Origin: Phycisphaerales bacterium UBA7812
GTDB lineage: Bacteria > Planctomycetota > Phycisphaerae > Phycisphaerales > UBA1924
Reading direction: 5' to 3'
DNA length: 64,000 bases
Assembly: GCA_002480345.1 (NCBI GenBank)
Contig: DLBY01000030.1
Coordinates: 22,440-86,439 of the forward strand
Shown here: one piece after another, positions 56,321 through 64,000 of the stretch
Layout: each line of letters opens with the position of its first letter
Position numbering within the stretch: position 1 is the first letter of the stretch
Program-made: the position numbers and the translations under genes
The notes under the pieces: model-generated
Seen by the model: the letters and a program-made list of their open reading frames with translations, nothing else
What the model was told of the DNA's origin: nothing
Database searches by the model: none

Positions 56321-57780
56321 ACGGAATCGTGCGCGCAGCGGCGGACGGCACCGCGATGCTCGACCCCGCGGCCCTCGCTGCAGTGGCACGCGGCGAGTGG
56401 ATCGTCCCCGCTCCGTCCGCGCACATGCTCGGCGCGGCGATCGACTCCCGGCGGATCAAGACGGGCAACCTGTTCTTCGCGCTCCGGGGTGAGCGCACGG
56501 ATGGGCACCGCTTTCTGGAAGCCGCGCGTGATGCGGGCGCTGCCGCGGCGATCGTCGAGGACGCGACCGATCTGCCGCGTGGTCTGGGCGTCCTGCGCGT
56601 GCCGAGCGTGCGCGAGGCACTGCGGTCTCTCGCGATCGCGTACAGGCGAGACCTCGACGACCTCCAGATCATCGGGGTCACCGGATCCAACGGGAAGACC
56701 ACCGTGGTGCGACTGATCCACGCGGCCTTGTCCGGCGCTGGCTTTCGGGGAACGCACGCGCAGAAGAGCGAGAACAACGACCTCGGCGTGCCGCTGACGA
56801 TTCTGAACGCTTCTCCGACCGACGATTACCTCGTCTGCGAGATCGGCACCAACGCGCCTGGGGAGATCGCGGACCTCGCATCGCTCTCGCGCCCCAACAT
56901 CGGGGTCATCACCTCGATCGGGCGCGCGCACATCGAGCGTCTGGGCTCCGTTGCGGGCATCGCCGCGGAGAAGGCCCAACTCGTCCGAGCGGTCCCGGCG
57001 CACGGCGTCTCGATCGTCACCGCTGACTCGCCTGAACTCGATCACGAGCTTTCCGAAACGGGGGGAGGCGCGATCCCCAGCGCGGTCGTTCGGGTCGGTG
57101 TCTCGCCGCGTGCCGACCGGACCATCGACGCGATCGAGCCCGAATCGGGCGGCACACGGTTCCGGATCGGAGACCACCGCCCCTTCGTCCCCCTCCCGGG
57201 GACACACAACGCGATCAACGCGGGGCTCGCGCTGGTCGTCGCGGAGGCGTGCGGCGCGGATCCTGCACGAGCGGCGGCGGGGCTCGCGGGCGTCGTTCCG
57301 CCCTCGATGCGGCTCGAGCGTTCGGTCGTCGGGATCGGGGGTGGTTTGCTGACGCTGATCAACGATGCATACAACGCGAACCCTGAGTCGGCTCGGGCAG
57401 CGCTCGCGATGCTCGGCGCGGGCGAACTCGACCCCGCGGGGGGGGCGGGCGGCCAACCCCGGCGTGTCGCGATCCTGGGTGACATGCTCGAGATGGGCGA
57501 GCACACCGATGCGGTCCACCGCGAGGTGCTCGGATATGCTGCGGGACTCGACGGGGTCGATCTCGTCATGTGTATCGGTCCCGCGTTTGCGGCCGCGGCG
57601 AGGGGAACCGGCATCCGTGCCCTGCACTCCGACGACTGGACACCCGACGCGATCGAATCCTTACGCGACGGGGATGTGGTTCTGCTGAAGGGTTCCCGTG
57701 GGATGCGGCTCGAACGGCTGGTCGAGGCCCTCGGGGACGAACAACGCCGCGGCGCGGGATCGGCGGGCAAGGTAGGCTAA
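56317..57780 (+). CDS. murF: UDP-N-acetylmuramoyl-tripeptide--D-alanyl-D-alanine ligase
   Basis: The ATG at 56317 overlaps the murE stop (ATGA). Motifs: IGVTGSNGKTTV, NNDLGVPLT, LINDAYNANPES, GDMLEMG, LLKGSRGMRLE. Confidence 0.9.
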   Translation: MNGIVRAAADGTAMLDPAALAAVARGEWIVPAPSAHMLGAAIDSRRIKTGNLFFALRGERTDGHRFLEAARDAGAAAAIVEDATDLPRGLGVLRVPSVREALRSLAIAYRRDLDDLQIIGVTGSNGKTTVVRLIHAALSGAGFRGTHAQKSENNDLGVPLTILNASPTDDYLVCEIGTNAPGEIADLASLSRPNIGVITSIGRAHIERLGSVAGIAAEKAQLVRAVPAHGVSIVTADSPELDHELSETGGGAIPSAVVRVGVSPRADRTIDAIEPESGGTRFRIGDHRPFVPLPGTHNAINAGLALVVAEACGADPARAAAGLAGVVPPSMRLERSVVGIGGGLLTLINDAYNANPESARAALAMLGAGELDPAGGAGGQPRRVAILGDMLEMGEHTDAVHREVLGYAAGLDGVDLVMCIGPAFAAAARGTGIRALHSDDWTPDAIESLRDGDVVLLKGSRGMRLERLVEALGDEQRRGAGSAGKVG

Positions 57781-57837
57781 CGCGACGGCACCCCCACGGA
57801 CGGGCGGTCGCCCGACGATCAGGCACAGGACGCACGG

Positions 57838-59010
57838 ATGCTGTACTGGCTGGTGGACGCAACCCGGGGCTGGCTCGACGCGAACGGGCTGTACCGATTC
57901 GTGCGGGTGCTCGACCAGGTCGAGTTCCGCGCGTTCGCGGGGGCGCTGCTCGCCTTCCTGATGGTCCTCCTGGGCGGGCGTCCCGTCATCCGCTACCTGA
58001 CGGCGCTGAAGATCGGGGATTCGGGCTCGACCGATGCGGAGGCGCTCCGTGCCCACGCCGCGAACAAGGCGAACACCCCCACCATGGGCGGGATCCTGAT
58101 CTGCGGGGCGATCCTGATCGCGACGCTGCTGCTCGCCGACATCCGGCAGACGCATGTGCAGTTGGGCATCGTCGTGCTGGTCTGGCTCAGCACCCTCGGG
58201 GGCTTTGACGACTGGTTGAAACTCACCGCCCAGCGGCGCGGCACGGGTCGGCAAGGCCTGTTCGCGTGGGAGAAGCTGATCTTCCAGCTCGGGATCGGGG
58301 TCGTCGTGGGCTATTTCGGGTATGTCGCGGGGGACAACCCGCAGGTCGCCCAGGACCTTGCCCATGTGCTGAACCTCCCGTTCCAGCGGACCTTCGAGCC
58401 CGGCGGGCAGGGCGTGGCGCAGGGGCTGGTCTACTTCTCCCCCCCGGTCTACATCCTGATCGCAACGCTGATGGTCGCCGGGATGAGCAACGCGGTGAAC
58501 ATCACCGACGGCATGGACGGGCTCGCGGGCGGCCTGTCGACCTCCGCGGCGTTCGCGTTGATGGTGCTCGCGTTCGTCGCGGGGTCGGAGGGGTTCAGCC
58601 AGTACCTGCTCGTCCCGCATGTCGCGTTTGTTGACGAACTGGCGGTCGTCGCGGGCGCGATGGCGGGCGCCTGCCTGGGCTTCCTCTGGTGGAACGGGTC
58701 GCCCGCGCTCGTGTTCATGGGAGACACCGGGTCGCTCGCGCTGGGGGGGCTGATCGCCTACATCGCGATCGCGATCCGCCAGGAGGTGGTGACGCTGCTC
58801 ATCTGCGCGCCGTTCCTCGCGGAGATCGGTTCAGTCGTGCTGCAGGTGGGGTATTTCAAGGCGATGCGGGGGAAGCGGATCTTCCGCTGCGCCCCCTACC
58901 ACCATCACCTGCACCTGGGCGGCTGGACCGAGTCACAGGTGGTGACGCGGTTCTGGATCATCTCGATCCTGCTGGCACTCATCGGGATCGCGACCCTGAA
59001 ACTTCGGTGA
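57838..59010 (+). CDS. mraY: Phospho-N-acetylmuramoyl-pentapeptide-transferase
   Basis: Motifs: KANTPTMGGI, NAVNITDGMDGLA, FMGDTGSLALGG, APYHHHL. About 10 TM helices. Confidence 0.95.
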   Translation: MLYWLVDATRGWLDANGLYRFVRVLDQVEFRAFAGALLAFLMVLLGGRPVIRYLTALKIGDSGSTDAEALRAHAANKANTPTMGGILICGAILIATLLLADIRQTHVQLGIVVLVWLSTLGGFDDWLKLTAQRRGTGRQGLFAWEKLIFQLGIGVVVGYFGYVAGDNPQVAQDLAHVLNLPFQRTFEPGGQGVAQGLVYFSPPVYILIATLMVAGMSNAVNITDGMDGLAGGLSTSAAFALMVLAFVAGSEGFSQYLLVPHVAFVDELAVVAGAMAGACLGFLWWNGSPALVFMGDTGSLALGGLIAYIAIAIRQEVVTLLICAPFLAEIGSVVLQVGYFKAMRGKRIFRCAPYHHHLHLGGWTESQVVTRFWIISILLALIGIATLKLR

Positions 59011-59095
59011 TTCTTCCCGTAAGAATGCCTATTGAGCGGATGGCCCCGACGGCGGGGCCTTTGCCGGGATGATTTTGTCTTGGGAAAGGGATGTG

Positions 59096-59593
59096 ATGCA
59101 CGGGTTACGGAGTATGAGAGGCATTGCCGGGTCCAGCCTCGCGGCGCTCGCGGTCGGAATCGCGGGCTGCGGGAACACGGCGACGAATGTCGTGAACCAT
59201 GTCTCGGAGGAGGGCCCTCCGGCAGGAGTGGTCGTTGGGGAGCCGACCACGGTGGGATTCCGCGCCGATGCGCTCGGCGCGGCCCGTGATCTGCCGGTTC
59301 CGGTCGGGACGGACTCGATCAACGGCGCGATGGTCACCCTTTCAGGGACTCTGCACAAGGCGACCGCGGACTGGATCGTGATCGACGACACGAGCGCGGA
59401 TCAGAGGCACTGGATCCGCATCGAGAGCATCAACTGGATCCGCCAACCGATCCCCCAAGAGCCCGCGCCCTCGGCGGCCACGCCCGCCGGGCCCCATGCG
59501 GATGAGGGCGGCCAAGCCAGCGATGGCGGTCAGGGCGAGGCCGACCACGGCGGCACCGGCGACCATCATGATGACGGGTCGCACGGCGGCTGA
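59096..59593 (+). CDS. Hypothetical lipoprotein with a His/Asp/Gly-rich C-terminal tail
   Basis: ATG at 59096. Lipobox in MHGLRSMRGIAGSSLAALAVGIAGCGN. Tail is HADEGGQASDGGQGEADHGGTGDHHDDGSHGG-stop. Confidence 0.55.
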   Translation: MHGLRSMRGIAGSSLAALAVGIAGCGNTATNVVNHVSEEGPPAGVVVGEPTTVGFRADALGAARDLPVPVGTDSINGAMVTLSGTLHKATADWIVIDDTSADQRHWIRIESINWIRQPIPQEPAPSAATPAGPHADEGGQASDGGQGEADHGGTGDHHDDGSHGG

Positions 59594-59645
59594 TCGGAGC
59601 GTCTCGCGGCGTCGGCCCGCCCCTGAACGAGTTTCTTCGGGAACG

Positions 59646-59676
59646 AAAAAGGCCCGCGCCGGATGGCGCGGGCCTT
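59646..59676. terminator. Bidirectional intrinsic terminator
   Basis: AAAAAGGCCCGCGCC-GGAT-GGCGCGGGCCTT between the convergent genes ending at 59593 and 59721. Confidence 0.8.
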
Positions 59677-59720
59677 GTCTGTAACTTTGATCCGGGCAAC
59701 CGGCCCGGTGCGGCTCCCGA

Positions 59721-62378
59721 TTACGGGCAGCCCGCGGTGAACGCACCGACGAACGCGGTGATGTCGCTGAGGTCGAAGACCGTGTCACCGTTGATGTCCG
59801 CGATCGGATCCTGCGTGGTGAACGCCCCGACGAAGGTCGTGATGTCCTGCAGGTCGAGGACATCGAACGGCTCGGCGAGGTCAGCCGCGTTGCAGCCGCC
59901 CGCGATGAGCGCCAGGTCATCGGCGTCGACATCGCCGTCGTTGTCGAGGTCGCCCTCGCAGTAGGTGCTGCCGGTCCCGATGTTGGCGCTGAGCAGAGCC
60001 GCGTCGTCGGCGTCGACATCACCGTCGAAGTCCAGGTCGCCGAACTGGCTGTCGAGGATCGCGAGCACGACATCGCGGTCCGCCTCGTCGACGACGAGAT
60101 CGCCGTTCATGTCGGCCGACAGGTCCATGTTGACCGCCTGCTCGAGGTCGGACCAGTCGCCGTAGTTGTCCTGGACATACTGGATATCGTCGCAGTCGAC
60201 GACGCCGTCGGCGCCGACGGGGGCGTACCCGGGCGTGGTGCCGACATTGCCCGCGACATCGGCGACCGAGTCACCGGCGTCGTAGCTGCCGTTGAGCAGG
60301 GTGGTGCCGAAGAAGTTGCCGCCGAACGCGTTGTCCACAGCGGCGAAGCCCGCGGCGCGGTCGAGGGTGTCGTTGACGAGGACGAGGCCGTCCGCGGCGT
60401 AGCGGACATCGGCCATGGTGAAGTTGCCGTCGTTGTTGTGATCGCCCAGGATCTCGAAGGAGGCATCGCCCGAGCCCGTCCAGGCGGGCCCGCCGTTGCG
60501 GCTCTGCCAGGCGCGGACCATGTCGTCGATGTCGTTGATGTCGCGGTCGCCGTCACCGTCGAAGTCACCCGCGATCTTGTTGCGGAGGTTGAGGGGCGAG
60601 CCGTAGGTCAGCTGCGTCCCGTTCGCGGTGACATAGTGGTTGGCGGTGTTACCGTCGGTATAGGTCACGCCGATGGTGCGGAAGGGCACCCGCCCGGTCG
60701 CGGTGGTGTCGAAGCTGTCGAGCAGCGGGTTGCTGAAGACATTGTTCGGATCACCGAGGGTGAAGTTCTGGATGTTCTGGTTGAGGTCCGGGTTGCTGAT
60801 GATCGCGATGGGCTGCTGGCCGTCCGCGTCGAAGTCCGCGGGGACGCGGTCCGGAGCAGCAGTGAGCAGGAACTGCTGGGCGAGCAGCTCGCCCGGCATG
60901 AAGTCGCTCTCAAAGCCCGTCGGGACATCGACGAACGCGGCGATCGAGCGGCGGATGTTGTTCCAGTAGGCCGCCGCCGCGGGGTTCGCGGGCGCGGGGT
61001 TGCCCGCGAAGGGGTTCGGGCCCGTCTCGGAGGGGTCCCAGCCCCAGCCGCCCAGCTCGGCGGGCGCGTTGCGGGGGTCGCCGCGGAAGGTGAAGGCCGC
61101 CGGGCCGGTGATATTGTACCCGTCGGGCCCGCCGTCGATGATCGCCTCGAGCGTCGGGCGCGCCGCGACGGTGCCCCCCTTGATGTCGCTGACCACCGCG
61201 AGGCAGTCGAAGTCCTTATCGAACAGGTAGCCCCGGCTCACCAGGCGCTCGGCGCCGGTGTGCCCCACGCCCAGACGAGTGTTCTGCACCGTCGCGTCCA
61301 TGCGGCTCGACCCGCCCTTGTTGGAGGGCTGGTAGTCGGGGCCGACCAGGTCGTTGGCGCTGCTGGTGACGCGGAGACCGATGTTCTCGCCGCGCCCGAA
61401 GGAGGGGTCGAGCCCGATGCCGTTCATGAAGGCGTTGCGGGTGCCCGAGCCCGAGTCGCGGGTGATCTTGGTGAGGTTCTCGCCGTTGGCGCGGCGACCC
61501 GTCGCCGCGAGCTGGCGCAGGTCGCTCATCGCGATCTCCTGCAGGCCCACGCCGTAGTTGACGATCGCGGCGACCGGGACGATCGAGACCGCGAAGTCGT
61601 AGACCGTCTCACTGTTGGGGTTGCCGACATTCGCGTTCAGGCGGCTGAGGGGGCGGAGCTGGTTGCCGAAGTCGACGGGCACGCCAGCGGTGTCCACCGC
61701 GGGGCGGGGGTTGCCGCCGTAGCCCGCCGAAGAGGGCGCGTTGAGGGGGCTGACTTCACCGGGGACGATGCCGAACCAGGAGAGGGGGACATCGGAGGTG
61801 GAGAAGTCGATGTGGAGCCCCGCGCCGCTGCCGTCGCCCGTCACGCCGGGCTCGAACGAGCCGGGCACCGGGAGGAACGGCGCACCCGAGCGGTTCGCGG
61901 GGTTGCCCAGCCCCTGCAGGCTGCCCGCGATCACGAGGTCGAGGCGGTTCCAGATCGCGCCGTCCGCGAACGAGGAGTTGCCCCGATCGTCGTCGGTCGC
62001 GCCGTCCATGTCGGTGTCGAACTCATCTCCGTTCTCATCGAACGCGAGCGAGAAGGTGTCGAACTCCGCGATGCCGTTGCCCGACCCGGTGATGCGGTAG
62101 TGGAACAGCCACTGGGTGTCGTTGATGCCGGGCCCGTTGCCGCAGTCGAACGCGCCGCTCAGGCAGCCGCTCCCGTTGGGGGCGAGCTGGTCGGGGAAGA
62201 GGCTGGCGAAGATGCCGGCGCGCCCGTCGTTGTCGTAGTCGATGAAGTCGTTGGTGCTCGCGCCGCTGCGGAAGAACGACTCCTGCAGGGTCGCGCCCGA
62301 GCCGGTGATGATCAGCGGGTCGGCGGACGCGGCCGCGCCGCACGCGGCGACAAGGCACATGATGGACTTGGCGTTCAT
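59721..62378 (-). CDS. Large secreted PstS-like (PBP_like_2) substrate-binding protein fused to multiple dockerin/EF-hand-like loops and the Cys-x54-Cys-Pro C-terminal module
   Basis: ATG at 62378 with GGAGG 8 nt upstream. Signal peptide MNAKSIMCLVAACGAAASA. PBP-like motifs ITGSGATL, ITGSGNGIAEF, TRDSGSGTRNAF. Ca-loop-like DFDGDGDRDINDIDDM, GDHNNDGNFTMADV, DMNGDLVVDEADRD, DLDFDGDVDADDAALL, GDLDNDGDVDADDLALI. C-terminus CNAADLAEPFDVLDLQDI...FVGAFTAGCP-stop. Confidence 0.8.
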   Translation of the reverse strand: MNAKSIMCLVAACGAAASADPLIITGSGATLQESFFRSGASTNDFIDYDNDGRAGIFASLFPDQLAPNGSGCLSGAFDCGNGPGINDTQWLFHYRITGSGNGIAEFDTFSLAFDENGDEFDTDMDGATDDDRGNSSFADGAIWNRLDLVIAGSLQGLGNPANRSGAPFLPVPGSFEPGVTGDGSGAGLHIDFSTSDVPLSWFGIVPGEVSPLNAPSSAGYGGNPRPAVDTAGVPVDFGNQLRPLSRLNANVGNPNSETVYDFAVSIVPVAAIVNYGVGLQEIAMSDLRQLAATGRRANGENLTKITRDSGSGTRNAFMNGIGLDPSFGRGENIGLRVTSSANDLVGPDYQPSNKGGSSRMDATVQNTRLGVGHTGAERLVSRGYLFDKDFDCLAVVSDIKGGTVAARPTLEAIIDGGPDGYNITGPAAFTFRGDPRNAPAELGGWGWDPSETGPNPFAGNPAPANPAAAAYWNNIRRSIAAFVDVPTGFESDFMPGELLAQQFLLTAAPDRVPADFDADGQQPIAIISNPDLNQNIQNFTLGDPNNVFSNPLLDSFDTTATGRVPFRTIGVTYTDGNTANHYVTANGTQLTYGSPLNLRNKIAGDFDGDGDRDINDIDDMVRAWQSRNGGPAWTGSGDASFEILGDHNNDGNFTMADVRYAADGLVLVNDTLDRAAGFAAVDNAFGGNFFGTTLLNGSYDAGDSVADVAGNVGTTPGYAPVGADGVVDCDDIQYVQDNYGDWSDLEQAVNMDLSADMNGDLVVDEADRDVVLAILDSQFGDLDFDGDVDADDAALLSANIGTGSTYCEGDLDNDGDVDADDLALIAGGCNAADLAEPFDVLDLQDITTFVGAFTTQDPIADINGDTVFDLSDITAFVGAFTAGCP
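59724..59894 (-). repeat. C-terminal Cys-x54-Cys-Pro module, copy 4 (57 aa)
   Basis: CNAADLAEPFDVLDLQDITTFVGAFTTQDPIADINGDTVFDLSDITAFVGAFTAGCP-stop. Confidence 0.85.
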
Positions 62379-62523
62379 TTGTGAATCCTCCGTGGGTGTT
62401 CGATCTCGTGTCTCGTGGAACCGGAAAGCCGAGGCCCGGCGGACAGACCGATCGCGCTCGCGGGGAGGCCCCTGCCCCGCGCCGATCTCTCTTCGTGTCT
62501 CCCCCAACCGCGATGGAGGCGGG

Positions 62524-62556
62524 AAAAAACCCGACCCCGCTCTCGCGGGGTCGGGT
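62524..62556 (-). terminator. Intrinsic terminator downstream of the DUF1559 gene
   Basis: Minus strand reads ACCCGACCCCGC-GAGA-GCGGGGTCGGGT followed by TTTTTT. Confidence 0.85.
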
Positions 62557-62568
62557 CGGTGATCGTGA

Positions 62569-63660
62569 TCAGCCGCCGGCGCCGATGCGCTCCCACTCGT
62601 CGCGGGTGTAGACCGCGGTGTCGTTGGAGGTGCCCGTCCCGCCCGCGGGGGTGAGGCTGTAGAAGCGGTCGCCCCACTGCTGCTTCTGGAGGGTCTCCTC
62701 GAGTTCCGCGAGACTGACATGCCCGTCCACGAAGGAGAAGTTGCTCCGCCCGTTGTGCGCCCGCGAGACGATGTTCAGGTTGAACTCGTCCCGCGACAGC
62801 AGACCCGCGCCCTGCTCACGCATCTCCTCCTCGGTGAAGACTTCGGTCGGGAGGTAGTAGCGGAACGCCTTGCGGCCGCGCCCCTGCGCGTTCGGGACGT
62901 TATAGACGTTGGGGAGGTCGCCGAACGCGGCCTTGAAGGGCACGATCGGGCGGTGCGACTTGCTCTCGCCCTCGCCGCTCGAATTGCTCACATCCGCGAC
63001 GGAGCGCCACTCGAATCGGTCCTCCATCTCCGCGGCGAGGATGGTGTTCGACCCGCTGGTGATCTGGTCGACACGAACGAGCACATTGTTCCGCAGCCCC
63101 CACCCGTTCTGGATGTTCTGGAACTTGTTGCGGGGCATGATCGCGCCGTTGACGGTGAACGCGATGCGGGGCACCTGCCGGTCGGTCACGAGCGTCTGAT
63201 TCGACGGGTTCTGCCAGTCCTCCTGGTCGAACGGGTCGTTGGGGTTGTCGAAGGTGCGGGGCGCGCCGTTGTTGGTGGTCTTGGGGCTCTCGAAGGCGTC
63301 TTCGGGGACGGCGCCGCCGAACAGGAAGTAGGACCAGTGGGCGTACCCGTTGATGCCGTCGGGGTTGGACTCGACCTCGAGGGTCTGGCCCTCGGGGCGC
63401 CAGTTGAACCCGTCCGGGGTGGTCGGGTAGGTGTAGGCCGGGGGCAGATAGTCGCGGTTGGTCGCGCCGTAGACCGCGACGCCCTGCGAGATGTTGCGCG
63501 CGTTGGCGCCCGCCTTGAGGGCCTGGGCCGAGTTGCGGGCGGCGCCGAGCGCGGGGAGGAGGATCCCGATCAGCAGGGCGATGATCGCGATCACCACGAG
63601 CAGCTCGATGAGCGTGAAGCCCTGAGCGTTCCAGCGAGCCTTGTTCATGCTGTTCTCCAT
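62569..63660 (-). CDS. DUF1559 (H-X9-DG) protein with prepilin-type N-terminal cleavage/methylation domain
   Basis: N-terminus QGFTLIELLVVIAIIALLIGILLPALGAARNSAQ. C-terminal HNGRSNFSFVDGH matches the H-x9-DG pattern. Confidence 0.9.
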   Translation of the reverse strand: MENSMNKARWNAQGFTLIELLVVIAIIALLIGILLPALGAARNSAQALKAGANARNISQGVAVYGATNRDYLPPAYTYPTTPDGFNWRPEGQTLEVESNPDGINGYAHWSYFLFGGAVPEDAFESPKTTNNGAPRTFDNPNDPFDQEDWQNPSNQTLVTDRQVPRIAFTVNGAIMPRNKFQNIQNGWGLRNNVLVRVDQITSGSNTILAAEMEDRFEWRSVADVSNSSGEGESKSHRPIVPFKAAFGDLPNVYNVPNAQGRGRKAFRYYLPTEVFTEEEMREQGAGLLSRDEFNLNIVSRAHNGRSNFSFVDGHVSLAELEETLQKQQWGDRFYSLTPAGGTGTSNDTAVYTRDEWERIGAGG

Positions 63661-64000
63661 GCGAGAAAACGGTCCGTGTTCGTGCGCGCGGGGCGCTGGA
63701 AGACGACGGCTCCGCCGTCCCCCGGTTGTCAGCGGGTGGGCCGCATCAGGGCCCGCACGCCGAGACGACCTTGTCTCGACGCCGTCAAGTATCCGCGCAG
63801 AGGTGTGTGAAGTCGGTTTTGGATGGGTTCAATGCGCGCGAAGAATGCGCACAGCGCGATTCACCGTTTCTGAACAGAAAAAGGGCGCTCCGCAACGCGT
63901 TCGTCATCCGAGGCTTGCGGATGATCGAACCGGCATACTTGCGTCACGACGCAACCGAACGGCAACACCGTTGGTCGGGAGAACTTCCGGCTCACCCGCC

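Noticed and set aside
62379-62720. The 114-aa N-terminal extension of the 999-aa ORF 59721-62720.
   Set aside because: The extension overlaps the DUF1559 gene and its terminator, and it is Arg/Ser/Pro-rich. The ATG at 62378 has a GGAGG Shine-Dalgarno motif and is followed by a clean signal peptide (MNAKSIMCLVAACGAAASA).
1-64000. A search of both strands for CRISPR arrays, rRNA genes, IS elements or transposases, integrases, toxin-antitoxin pairs and prophage genes.
   Set aside because: No regularly spaced direct repeats were found, no 16S/23S/5S-like conserved strings, and no ORF with DDE, tyrosine-recombinase or serine-recombinase motifs. The only repeated DNA found is the module-encoding segments described in the findings.

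Overview
This is a high-GC bacterial chromosomal segment, roughly two-thirds G+C by eye. Its gene content suggests Planctomycetota, probably a Phycisphaerae-like organism (inference): a DUF1559/H-X9-DG prepilin-like protein, a tandem DUF1080 protein, a PEP-CTERM tail, a CRTAC1-like FG-GAP protein and many dockerin-like loops. I can support about 57 CDS, 4 tRNAs (Thr-TGT, Gln-TTG, Lys-TTT, Val-TAC) and 6 intrinsic terminators. Most genes are housekeeping: gmhA, an hmgA-like gene, argC-argB, htpX, thrS, sodA, a sigma-70 factor, glmU(N-domain)-prs-ctc-pth, rpsF-ssb-[foreign ORF]-rplI, waaA, ogt, serS, rmuC, speD-speE, lexA, dprA, queA and murE-murF-mraY. I saw no rRNA, CRISPR array, transposase or integrase. 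Five things deserve a second look. (1) A terminator-bounded operon at 19654-24562 encodes a canonical PilT-type ATPase, a membrane-anchored PilB/GspE paralog with every catalytic box degraded, and a CvpA-like membrane protein, with no pilin, platform or secretin genes nearby. (2) A compositionally foreign low-GC ORF (25429-25938) sits where rpsR is expected in the rpsF-ssb-rplI operon. (3) A 57-58 aa C-terminal module (Cys-x55-Cys-Pro-stop, two dockerin-like half repeats) ends four otherwise unrelated secreted proteins, and two of these genes share an identical 30-nt stretch. (4) An SNF2 helicase plus SWIM zinc-finger pair lies between two tRNA genes. (5) A gap of about 0.9 kb between dprA and lexA has no convincing gene but contains an AT-rich, palindrome-bearing island. 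Many long ORFs in the six-frame track are antisense or high-GC artefacts and were rejected. Start codons were refined by eye using in-frame ATG/GTG, Shine-Dalgarno-like motifs and signal peptides, and they remain approximate.
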